NCBI GenBank assembly: GCA_036380475.1
Contig: DASVEP010000147.1
Span: forward strand, 10-64,009
Length of the DNA: 64,000 bases
Source of the DNA: Candidatus Dormiibacterota bacterium
GTDB taxonomy: Bacteria > Chloroflexota > Dormibacteria > Dormibacterales > Dormibacteraceae
Direction of reading: 5' to 3'
Under the pieces are notes generated by a model that saw only the letters and a program-made list of their open reading frames with translations, made no database searches and was not told the origin of the DNA. The first letter of the stretch is position 1. Every line of letters begins with the position of its first letter. Below are positions 38,014 through 46,139 of the stretch, in pieces. Position numbers and translations under genes: made by a program.

Positions 38014-38418
38014 CTACTTCGACGCCGCTTCTCCGGTTTCCTCGGACTCGGGCTGGCTCGACTGCAGGGCCTCGACGCCTCGCCGAACTGTGGCCAGAGT
38101 GCGCCCGAGATGTGCTTCCAGCTGCTTGAGCTGCTCGAGCGCGTAAGCCTCGGCCTGCCGAACGATCTCGTCTGACTTCGCCTGCGCGTCTTTGACGATC
38201 TGCGCACCGTGGCGCTCGGCGCGCCTCAGGATCTCGTGGTCGGCGGCGGTCTCCTCCGCTCGCTCGTTGGCACGCGACATGATGCGCGCGGCCTCAGCAT
38301 GGGCTTCCGTGATGATGCGCTGCTGCTCGGAAACGGTCCAGTTCGCCTGCTTGATCTCATCCGGGAGGTTGAAGCGAAGCTGATCGATGAGCTCCATGAT
38401 CTCGTCTTCGTTCACCAT
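38014..38418 (-). CDS. Conserved coiled-coil protein of unknown function (often annotated ATPase / ATP synthase b-like); true start probably upstream (see finding)
   Basis: LPDEIKQANW motif followed by an A/E/R-rich helix. The in-frame upstream 26 codons (KVDELLDRFEYLIQNARHVPLSTQV) also look like coding sequence. Confidence 0.6.
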   Translation of the reverse strand: MVNEDEIMELIDQLRFNLPDEIKQANWTVSEQQRIITEAHAEAARIMSRANERAEETAADHEILRRAERHGAQIVKDAQAKSDEIVRQAEAYALEQLKQLEAHLGRTLATVRRGVEALQSSQPESEETGEAASK

Positions 38419-38492
38419 GACCTGGGTCGACAGCGGAACGTGACGGGCGTTCTGGATCAGATACTCGAAGCGGTCAAGCAGCTCGTCGACCT

Positions 38493-38978
38493 TTATCTGA
38501 ACTTCTCCTTCAGCGCCTTGGCGACTCCAGGCGGTACCAGGTCTGACACATTCCCGCCGTAGCTCGCGATGTCCTTCAAGATACTTGACGAGACGTATAT
38601 GTGGGCGAAGCTCGACATCAGGAAGACGGTGTGGATGTCGGGCGCAAGCTTCCGGTTCATGAGCGCCTGCTGCAGCTCCGCGTCGAAGTCGGAGTAGGCG
38701 CGAAGACCCTTGACCAGCGTGTTCGCGCCTCGTGAGCGCGCATATTCGACCGTCAGGCCCGTGTAGCTGGCGACCTCCACACGGTCGTGGCCTTCGAGTG
38801 CGTCCTTGATCAAATGAAGCCTCTCCTCGACTGTGAAGAGCGGCTGCCGCTTTTCGGGGTTCGCAGCCACGGCCACGATGAGGCGGTCGAAGATGCCAAG
38901 CGCTCGTTCCGCGACATCGAGGTGCCCGTTCGTAAACGGATCAAAGGATCCCGGGTACACCGCCGTTTTATCGCTCAA
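38493..38978 (-). CDS. coaD: Phosphopantetheine adenylyltransferase
   Basis: AVYPGSFDPFTNGHLDV (HxGH-type) and ..SSSILKDI... Confidence 0.95.
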   Translation of the reverse strand: MSDKTAVYPGSFDPFTNGHLDVAERALGIFDRLIVAVAANPEKRQPLFTVEERLHLIKDALEGHDRVEVASYTGLTVEYARSRGANTLVKGLRAYSDFDAELQQALMNRKLAPDIHTVFLMSSFAHIYVSSSILKDIASYGGNVSDLVPPGVAKALKEKFR

Positions 38979-39514
38979 ACGCGGAGCACCGTGACGATCG
39001 TGTCGCCGTAGCGGCGCTGGCGATCGACGCGCAGCCGCGTCAGCGAAGGCATCGCCTGGCGACGCGAGTGCTCCGCCACGACCATTGCGTCCGTGAGAGT
39101 GCGGTCGAGAACCATCAGCGCACGATCGAGAACGTCGTCTTCATACGGCGGATCGAGGACCACCAGGCCTGCTCTTGCAACTTCATCGGGCGAGCTCTCG
39201 AGCCAACGGACGACATCGCCACGGATTACGTGCGCTCTCTCCTTCAGCTCGAGGGCGTCCAAGTTCTGGCGCAGGATAGCAAGACCACGCGGCTCCCGGT
39301 CCACGAAGGTGACCTCCGACGCGCCACGCGACAGTGCTTCGATGCCAATGGCCCCCGAGCCCGCGAAGAGGTCGAGGACGTGCGCGCCCTCGATTCCCGG
39401 ACCAACGATGTTGAAGATCGCGGCCTTCACCATTCCCTGGGTCGGGCGGATGCCTTTGGGGGCTTTCAGCCGGCGGCCCCGCGCCTCGCCGCCCCCTACG
39501 CGAAGCTTGCCCAA
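38975..39514 (-). CDS. rsmD: 16S rRNA (guanine966-N2)-methyltransferase
   Basis: VLDLFAGSGAIGIEALSRGA SAM motif and DPPY catalytic motif. TTG start directly after the amidase TAG. Confidence 0.9.
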   Translation of the reverse strand: MGKLRVGGGEARGRRLKAPKGIRPTQGMVKAAIFNIVGPGIEGAHVLDLFAGSGAIGIEALSRGASEVTFVDREPRGLAILRQNLDALELKERAHVIRGDVVRWLESSPDEVARAGLVVLDPPYEDDVLDRALMVLDRTLTDAMVVAEHSRRQAMPSLTRLRVDRQRRYGDTIVTVLRV

Positions 39515-40885
39515 CTACTTGAAAGGTGGGCGGCGGCCGCTCCAAGGCCGGGCCTGCTCGAGCTGCGCAGCTAGGCTCAGGATCAACTTCTCTCCGCGCG
39601 GCGGGCCGATGAGCTGGACCCCGATCGGCAAACCGGTGGAATCTACTCCGAGCGGCAGGGAGATCGCGGGCTGGCCAGTGCAGTTGTACGGATACGTGAA
39701 GCTGATGAAGTCCATGTACTCATCGCCGGCGGTCGCGAGCTCTGCGCCGAGGGTGTTGAGAGGAGGCGCAGTTCTCGGCAGGGTCGGTGTCACCAACACG
39801 TCGTGCTCCTCCCAAAACGCAACCACCACGCGGCTGTGCATTCGAATCGCATCCACCGAGCGGACGTAGTCGACTGCCGTCAGCTGTCGAGCGAGCGCAA
39901 GCCCGAGGGCATTGAACGGCTCGAGCTTGCTCTCGTCGCCGATCGGCAATGATCCGAGGCCGGCGACGACGATCAGCTGCATCGGCGTGCGGAACGGCTC
40001 GGTGTCGGGGCCGCCCTCGGTCACGTTGTGCCCGAGGCCTTCGAGCAGGCGCGCCGTCTCCCGCACGCATCCGGCAACCTCATCATCGACTTTGGTGCCT
40101 GCCCGAACCGTGAACCCAACGCGCAGCTTGCGGTCGGTCGGCGTCGCCGAATCGGCGAACCTCCCATCGATGTCAGCCCAGTAAGCATCACCTGGTAGGT
40201 GCCCGGCCATCGCGTCGAGGCCGGCCGCGGCATCGGCGACCGTGCGCGCGATCACGCCGTCGGTGGAGAGGCCCGCCCAGTGCTCACCCAGCAGCGGCCC
40301 TGGAGATATGCGCCCTCGCGATGGCTTGAGGCCGACTGTTCCGCAACAGCTTGATGGAATGCGAACCGAGCCGCCGCCATCCGTGCCGTGCGCGAATGCG
40401 CACAGGCCAGACGCAACGGCGGCAGCCGCGCCGCCGCTTGATCCGCCCGCGGAGTGGTCGAGCTTCCACGGATTGTGGGTGGCGCCGAATAGGCCATGCT
40501 CGGTCGTCGGCCGCGTGCCGAACTCGGAGAGGTTGGTCTTGCCGAGGATGGGACAGCCTTCCTCTTTCAATCGCGCCACCGGAAAGAAATCAATCGGCAG
40601 CGTCTGATCCTCGAAGGCCCTCGAGCCCAGGGTCATCGGGTACCCCGCCAGGGAAACCAGGTCTTTGATGGACGTCGGCACGCCCCGCAGCGGGTAGCCG
40701 ATGTTCGCCGAGTCTGCGGCCTTCGCCTGTTCGAGAGCGAGCTCGGGCGTCACCAGCACGTATGCGTTGAGGGTCGGGTTGAAACGTTCGATGCGCTCGA
40801 GGTATGCGCGGGTGAGCTCCGTCGACGAAACTTCGCGCCGTCGAACCGCCGCGGCCTGGTTAAGCGCGGACGCGAATGGATCCAT
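39515..40885 (-). CDS. Amidase-signature family amidase
   Basis: GGSSGGAAAAVA...GTDGGGSVRIPS signature. ATG 40885 (MDPFASALNQAAAV..) is preferred and overlaps the selD end by 26 nt. Confidence 0.85.
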   Translation of the reverse strand: MDPFASALNQAAAVRRREVSSTELTRAYLERIERFNPTLNAYVLVTPELALEQAKAADSANIGYPLRGVPTSIKDLVSLAGYPMTLGSRAFEDQTLPIDFFPVARLKEEGCPILGKTNLSEFGTRPTTEHGLFGATHNPWKLDHSAGGSSGGAAAAVASGLCAFAHGTDGGGSVRIPSSCCGTVGLKPSRGRISPGPLLGEHWAGLSTDGVIARTVADAAAGLDAMAGHLPGDAYWADIDGRFADSATPTDRKLRVGFTVRAGTKVDDEVAGCVRETARLLEGLGHNVTEGGPDTEPFRTPMQLIVVAGLGSLPIGDESKLEPFNALGLALARQLTAVDYVRSVDAIRMHSRVVVAFWEEHDVLVTPTLPRTAPPLNTLGAELATAGDEYMDFISFTYPYNCTGQPAISLPLGVDSTGLPIGVQLIGPPRGEKLILSLAAQLEQARPWSGRRPPFK

Positions 40886-41882
40886 ACCCGTTAATGGTGC
40901 CGATTCTGACCGCGGGGTAGGGCGCCCCGGCAAAAGCGCTCTCGAACGCAGATGCGTTCTCGGGTGGAATGGCGACGAGAAGGCCCCCGCTCGTCTGAGC
41001 GTCGCACAGCATCAGCTGGTCGAGCTCCGGGATGCCGCCCCAGTCGACCTGCGAACGAAAGGCATCGTAGTTGCGGCGGCTCCCGGATGGGAAAAGGTCG
41101 CGCATTGCGAGATCGCGGGCCCCTTCCAGAAACGGGACTGCGCTCGCGTCGATATCCGCGCCACCGGCGATATTGGCGAGGTGGCCTATCAGGCCGTAGC
41201 CCGTGACGTCTGTCGCCGCGGTCGCGCCCGCCGTGACCATCGCGTCCGACGCGCGGCGATTGAGCGCCGACATCATCTCGACCGCCTGGCGCTCGAGCAA
41301 TGGTGGGCAGAGCCCGCGCTTGATCGCCGTCGCGACCAACCCCGACCCGAGAGGCTTGGTCAGGAACAAGATGTCGCCCGCGCGCGCTCCCTCGTGACCG
41401 ATGACGCGATCCGGATGCACCTCGCCGATCACTGTGTATCCGAACTTCGGCTCGGCATCATCGACTGAATGGCCGCCGACGACCGCAATTCCGGCCTCCG
41501 CCATCTTGCTTGCACCGCCGGCGACGATTTTTTCCAGGAGACCAGTGCCCAGCTTGTCGCGCGGAAAGGCGGTGATCCCGAGTGCGAAAAGCGGACGCGC
41601 TCCAACCGCGTAAACATCGCTGATCGAATTTGCCGCGGCGATCGCGCCGAAATCCGTCGGGTCGTCGACGATGGGCGTGAAGAAATCCACCGTTGCAACC
41701 AGCGCGCGATCGGGCGCGATGCGATACACCGCCGCATCGTCGCGAGACGACGCCGCGGCCAGCACGTTGGGATCAATGATTGGGGGCAGAGCCCCGAGTA
41801 CTTGCCCTAGCTCCACCGGGCTGAGCTTGCAGGCTCAACCGGCCCCGTGGCTGTACTCCGTCAATCGCATCGGTGAGTCCAT
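40860..41882 (-). CDS. selD: Selenide, water dikinase (selenophosphate synthetase), selenocysteine-containing: in-frame TGA at 41837-41835
   Basis: My translation upstream of the listed ORF: MDSPMRLTEYSHGAG-TGA-ACKLSPVELGQVL... matches the SelD glycine-rich loop G-(C/U)-x-C-K. The rest (AIR-synthase-like fold) is typical SelD. ATG 41870 is an alternative start. Confidence 0.85.
41804..41834 (-). promoter_or_regulatory. Candidate bacterial SECIS hairpin immediately 3' of the selD UGA
   Basis: The mRNA reads UGA GCCUGCA AGCUC AGCCCGGUG GAGCU AGGGC. It has a 5-bp upper stem, and GGU in the apical loop sits at +21..+23 from the U of UGA, similar to the spacing recalled for E. coli fdhF. The lower stem is imperfect. 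Confidence 0.55.
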
Positions 41883-41902
41883 TGGTGCTAAGTATCACCA
41901 CC
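41883..41902. promoter_or_regulatory. 20-bp divergent spacer with opposed -10-like hexamers (TGcTAAGTA 41886-41894 plus strand; GATACT 41896-41891 minus strand)
   Basis: Both hexamers lie 8 nt from ATG 41903 and ATG 41882 respectively. Neither start has a convincing SD. Confidence 0.35.
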
Positions 41903-42787
41903 ATGGGTTTGGTGTTTGCCGCCATCGCACCGCACGGAGGGATAGCGGTCGCAGAGGCCTGCACGCCCGAAGAGCTCGAGCTCGCGAGGGTGACGCGCTC
42001 AGGAATGGAGGAGCTCGGCCGAGCGTTCAGCGCCGCTAGGCCCCAGACCGTCGTCGTCGCTACGCCGCACAACGTCCATATCGCAGGGGCCTTCGGTGTC
42101 CTGGTTGCAGGTCGGTTGGCCGGCAACCTGGATGGCACTTCGGTCACGCTCGACGTGCCCAGCGACAGCGCGCTCGCGTGGCTGCTGCTCGGTGCCCTGG
42201 TCGGCGAGGATCTTCCCGCCGTTGGCGTGAGCTTCGGCTCCAACGATCCATCGACGGCGGTGGCGCCAATGGATTGGGGAGTCCTCATTCCGCTGTGGTT
42301 CATGGGCGGCCGTGACGACCCACCGCTGCCGGTGGTCGTGATCACGCCGGCTCGGGATCTTTCGCCGGAGCTGCATGTGCGTGCGGGTGCTGCAGTGGCC
42401 GCGGCGGCGGCAGCATCTGGGCGACGCGTTGCGTTCATAGCCAGCGCCGACCACGGCCATGCGCATCGCGGCGACGGCCCTTATGGGTTTCATCCCAACG
42501 CGAAGGTCTACGACGACCTCGTCTGCAAGCTCGTACGGAAAGACGCACTGCGGGGATTGCTTGACGTACCGAGCGAGTTCGTCGAGCAGGCGAAGGCCGA
42601 CAGCTGGTGGCAGATGCTGATGCTCCTCGGCGCAACTGGCGACGGATGGCGCGGCCGTCTGATCAGCTACGAGGCTCCGACCTATTTCGGGATGCTGACC
42701 GCCGCTTACGAACCCATCACGAAGCCTATCCGCGATACCGCATCGCGGCCTCGAACACGCACTCGGCCCCGAACTCCAGCGCGGTAA
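41903..42787 (+). CDS. LigB-family (class III extradiol dioxygenase subunit B-like) protein
   Basis: APHGG..., ..PMDWGVLIPLWF.., ..ASADHGHAH.., ..YFGM.. pattern. The family call is from memory of LigB/DODA-like proteins. The C-terminal 20 aa overlap the convergent M20 gene. Confidence 0.6.
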   Translation: MGLVFAAIAPHGGIAVAEACTPEELELARVTRSGMEELGRAFSAARPQTVVVATPHNVHIAGAFGVLVAGRLAGNLDGTSVTLDVPSDSALAWLLLGALVGEDLPAVGVSFGSNDPSTAVAPMDWGVLIPLWFMGGRDDPPLPVVVITPARDLSPELHVRAGAAVAAAAAASGRRVAFIASADHGHAHRGDGPYGFHPNAKVYDDLVCKLVRKDALRGLLDVPSEFVEQAKADSWWQMLMLLGATGDGWRGRLISYEAPTYFGMLTAAYEPITKPIRDTASRPRTRTRPRTPAR

Positions 42788-44030
42788 CAGGAACACGTTC
42801 GTCGGCCGCGTGAATGGTCGGCGATGAGTTGAAGTCGGGCGGAACGTTCAGCGGCAGAAAGCCATAAGTGCGGATGCCAAGCCGCGCGAAATGGCGGGCG
42901 TCCGTGCCGCCCGTGACGAGAGACGGGACCGGCACACATCCGGGGTCGGCCTCTTTCAGGACCGATGCGAAAAGATCGAACTGGGAGAGGTCGACCTCAG
43001 GTTGCGCGGGCCCTACCAGCGTCACAGCGATGTCAGGCTCCGAGCCGACCACCGCGCGCAGCTCCTCGAGCATGTCCTCCGGTCCGAAGCCGGGCAGCAG
43101 CCGGCCGTCGAGCTGCACACGCACCTCGCTCGGGATGACATTCACCTTGAGGCCGCCACTGACGATGGTGGCGTTGACGGTGTTGTGGAGGCAGGCATCG
43201 AGGCCACGGCTCAATGGACCCAGGTCGCCCAGCGCGGCATCCGCGCGAACTGGATCAAGAAGGGCGCCGATACGACCCTTCAACGGCTCGTCCAGGGCGT
43301 CGCGCATTGCTTCGAGCTGGTGGCGGACCGGCGTAGTGATGTGGACGGGCAGCCGGCTGCTGTCGAGCTTTGTCAGGAGCTGACCGAGTTTCGCCATCGC
43401 GCCGCCGTGGGCGGGGATGGAACCGTGGCCGCCGGAGCCTCGCAGGGTGACGAGCATCTGGCAGCCGCGCTTCTCGGAAACCATGATCGGATAGAAGCGA
43501 CGCCCACCCAGGTGAAGGGCAACCCCACCCGATTCACCGATCGCGTGCAGGATGCCTGTAAACAGTTCCGGGTGCGTCTCCACCAACCACCGGGCTCCGC
43601 ATAGGCCGCCGGCCTCTTCATCGGCAAGGACGGCCAGGACCAGGTCGCCCGCTGCGCCACCACGTTCCTGTGCGCGGAGGAGGGTCGCCACCATCATCGC
43701 CACCCCGCTCTTCATGTCGAGCGCGCCACGTCCCCACAGATAGCCGTCGATGATGTCGCCGCCGAATGGCGGCCGGCGCCAGTCCTGGTTGACGGTTGTG
43801 ACCACGTCGACATGACCCTGAAGCAACAGCGGCGGCGCTTCTCCCCGGCCCTTCACACGCGCGACGAGGTTTGGACGACCGGGCTCGCTCTCATATCGCG
43901 CGCATTCGATGTTGGCGTCGCCCAGCAGGCGTTCGATGAGCTCGACTGCGATGTGCTCCTCGCCCGGCGGGTTCGTGGTGTCGAGCCGGATGAGGTCGCG
44001 GGTCAGCTCGACCACGAAAGGCAACGCCAT
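42726..44030 (-). CDS. M20 family metallopeptidase (ArgE/DapE/CPG2-like)
   Basis: LIRLDTTNPPG.E..., LLLQGHVDVV, ..ADEEAGG.. motifs. ATG 44030 lies 10 nt after the recG stop. The longer ORF overlaps recG. Confidence 0.85.
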   Translation of the reverse strand: MALPFVVELTRDLIRLDTTNPPGEEHIAVELIERLLGDANIECARYESEPGRPNLVARVKGRGEAPPLLLQGHVDVVTTVNQDWRRPPFGGDIIDGYLWGRGALDMKSGVAMMVATLLRAQERGGAAGDLVLAVLADEEAGGLCGARWLVETHPELFTGILHAIGESGGVALHLGGRRFYPIMVSEKRGCQMLVTLRGSGGHGSIPAHGGAMAKLGQLLTKLDSSRLPVHITTPVRHQLEAMRDALDEPLKGRIGALLDPVRADAALGDLGPLSRGLDACLHNTVNATIVSGGLKVNVIPSEVRVQLDGRLLPGFGPEDMLEELRAVVGSEPDIAVTLVGPAQPEVDLSQFDLFASVLKEADPGCVPVPSLVTGGTDARHFARLGIRTYGFLPLNVPPDFNSSPTIHAADERVPVTALEFGAECVFEAAMRYRG

Positions 44031-44040
44031 TGAAGACACG

Positions 44041-46113
44041 CTAGCTGATCGAGGTTTGTTCGAGTCGGCGATTGATCGCCGCCAGTAACAGTGGATATCG
44101 GTTGAACCCAGGATCGTTCTCACGCACGCGTTCCACCTCGGACCGGATCTCGTCGATGAGCGACGGCCGCTCCAGGGCTTGCATGGCCACGTCCGACATG
44201 CCGTGCTGCCGCGCACCCAGCAGCTCCCCCATCCCCCGAATCCTCATGTCCTCGAGGGCAAGTTTGAAGCCGTCTCGGATCCGCGTGACCAGGCCGAGGC
44301 GCTCGATGCTCGCGTCCGACGGGTCGTCGGCGAGCAGCAGGCAGTAGCTCTCGGCGGCGCCACGCCCGACGCGTCCGCGGAACTGGTGCAGCTGTGCCAG
44401 GCCAAAGCGGTCCGCGCCCTCAACCATCATCACCGTCGCGTTGGGGACATCCACGCCGACCTCGACCACGGCCGTCGCTACGAGAACCTGGATCTCGCCG
44501 GCGACGAACCGTTTCATCACGTCGTCCTTGTCTTTGAGACGGCCGTGGATCATATCCATGCTCAGGTCCGGAAACACCTCTTTGCTCAGGCGCTCGAACT
44601 CCGCAGTGGCGGAGCGCGCGACCACCTTCTCCGATTCCTCGATCAGCGGGCAGATGACGAACGCCTGCCGTCCGAGCTGCACCTGGCGCCTGACCAGCTC
44701 GTAGGCGCGCGAACGCTCATCCGGCGGAACGACTTCGGTTTCCACGGGAGTGCGGCCGGGGGGCAGCTCGTCGAGAACCGACACCGACATCTCTCCGAAG
44801 CTGGCAAGCGCCAGAGTGCGCGGGATGGGCGTCGCAGTCATGGCCAGGAAATGCGGACGGCCGCGGCCTTTGGAGCGCAGCAGCTCACGCTGACGTGTTC
44901 CGAATCGATGCTGTTCGTCGACTATCGCAAGCCCCAGGTTCGCGAACTCGACGTCCTCTTCGATGAGTGCGTGGGTGCCGACGACGAGTGCGCAATGCCC
45001 GCTGGCGGCTGCTGAACGGACCCGCCTGCGCTCGGCCGCGCCTTGGCTGCTGACGAGCAGCTCGACCTTCAACGAAGGGAAGCTCTCTTCCAGATACTCC
45101 CTGAACTTGCCCAGATGCTGGCGCGCCAGGATTTCCGTCGGCGCCATCACCACCGACTGCAGGCCGGCCGCATGGGCCATCGCTGCGCACGCCGCCGCCA
45201 CAGCAGTTTTGCCCGATCCAACGTCCCCGTTGAGCAGCCGGTTCATCGGCGACGGCCGAGCCATGTCCTGGAACGCCTCCCACATCGAGCGGCGTTGGGC
45301 CCTGGTGAGCTCGAAACCGAGCCCGGCCTTGAACGCGTCGATGACCTCCTGGCGGTACGGGATCGGCTCGGCCGGCTCGGCGGCGATGCTCGCACGCATG
45401 AGCGCGAAAGCCGCTTGCAGCTCGAACAGCTCGGCAAAGCCCATGCGTCGCCGGGCTTCGGACCACTCGTTCTCGGTCTTCGGCTTGTGTCCGAGCCTCA
45501 CCGCCTCCGACAGCGGCAGCAACCGGTGACGTTCGCGTACATCTTGCGGAAGCTCGTCCTCGAGCTTGGCCGCGAGTGGCAGAGCTGCGTCGACCAGGCC
45601 CGAGACCTTCTTTGACGTGAGGCCTTTAACCAGGTGGTACCTGGGCATGAGCCCGCCGATATTCCTCGGCCCAGCGCCATCGCCGCCGTTGAGCTTTTCG
45701 TGATGCGGGTTGCGCATCTCGAAGCTTCCATATCGGCTTGCCCTGACCATCCCGGCGACGGCGACGCGGTCGCCTTTGTGCAGCTGATTGGCCACCCACG
45801 GCTGGTTGAACCAGACGATGCTGAGCTCGTCGTCGTCCGCGTCGACCAGAGTGGCCTGGGTGAGCTTCAGCCTTTTCAGCTTTGTCATACGCGGCGCGAT
45901 CCTGACGATCGTTCCCGATACGGTGGCGAGAATTCCATCGGTCAGATCTGCGACCGGTTTCGGATCGCCGAACTGGTCCCATGCGAACGGCAGCTGCAGC
46001 AGCAGGTCACGAACCGTCCGGATCCCAAGGGCTGCGAGCCTCTTCTGATCGAGCGGTTTTACCTTGGGCAGCTCGCCGACGGGCGAGTCCAGCGCTAGAC
46101 GAGGGTTGAGCAC
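44041..46113 (-). CDS. recG: ATP-dependent DNA helicase RecG
   Basis: Wedge/OB N-domain, helicase motifs GDVGSGKT, DEQHRFG, MTATPIPRT, TRG region. GTG 46113 is preferred; the ORF-track N-terminal extension is P/A/R-rich and overlaps the divergent gene. Confidence 0.9.
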   Translation of the reverse strand: MLNPRLALDSPVGELPKVKPLDQKRLAALGIRTVRDLLLQLPFAWDQFGDPKPVADLTDGILATVSGTIVRIAPRMTKLKRLKLTQATLVDADDDELSIVWFNQPWVANQLHKGDRVAVAGMVRASRYGSFEMRNPHHEKLNGGDGAGPRNIGGLMPRYHLVKGLTSKKVSGLVDAALPLAAKLEDELPQDVRERHRLLPLSEAVRLGHKPKTENEWSEARRRMGFAELFELQAAFALMRASIAAEPAEPIPYRQEVIDAFKAGLGFELTRAQRRSMWEAFQDMARPSPMNRLLNGDVGSGKTAVAAACAAMAHAAGLQSVVMAPTEILARQHLGKFREYLEESFPSLKVELLVSSQGAAERRRVRSAAASGHCALVVGTHALIEEDVEFANLGLAIVDEQHRFGTRQRELLRSKGRGRPHFLAMTATPIPRTLALASFGEMSVSVLDELPPGRTPVETEVVPPDERSRAYELVRRQVQLGRQAFVICPLIEESEKVVARSATAEFERLSKEVFPDLSMDMIHGRLKDKDDVMKRFVAGEIQVLVATAVVEVGVDVPNATVMMVEGADRFGLAQLHQFRGRVGRGAAESYCLLLADDPSDASIERLGLVTRIRDGFKLALEDMRIRGMGELLGARQHGMSDVAMQALERPSLIDEIRSEVERVRENDPGFNRYPLLLAAINRRLEQTSIS

Positions 46114-46139
46114 GGGTCTTAAGTTAGAGTGCTGGGATC
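46114..46139. promoter_or_regulatory. 26-bp divergent spacer with overlapping opposed -10-like hexamers (TAGAGT 46125-46130 plus strand; TAACTT 46126-46121 minus strand)
   Basis: Hexamers lie 9 and 7 nt from GTG 46140 and GTG 46113. No SD on either side. Confidence 0.4.

Noticed and set aside
41783-41795. Second GC hairpin (GGGG-CUCUG-CCCC) downstream of the selD UGA as the SECIS.
   Set aside because: It lies 43-55 nt from the UGA and has no GGU-type loop. The proximal hairpin fits the known spacing better, though this one may add stability.
41835-41837. TGA in selD interpreted as a nonsense mutation or pseudogene, or as two separate ORFs.
   Set aside because: The codon falls exactly at the catalytic Cys/Sec position of the conserved G-(C/U)-x-C-K loop. 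A SECIS-like hairpin follows, and the flanking sequence on both sides is intact SelD in one frame.
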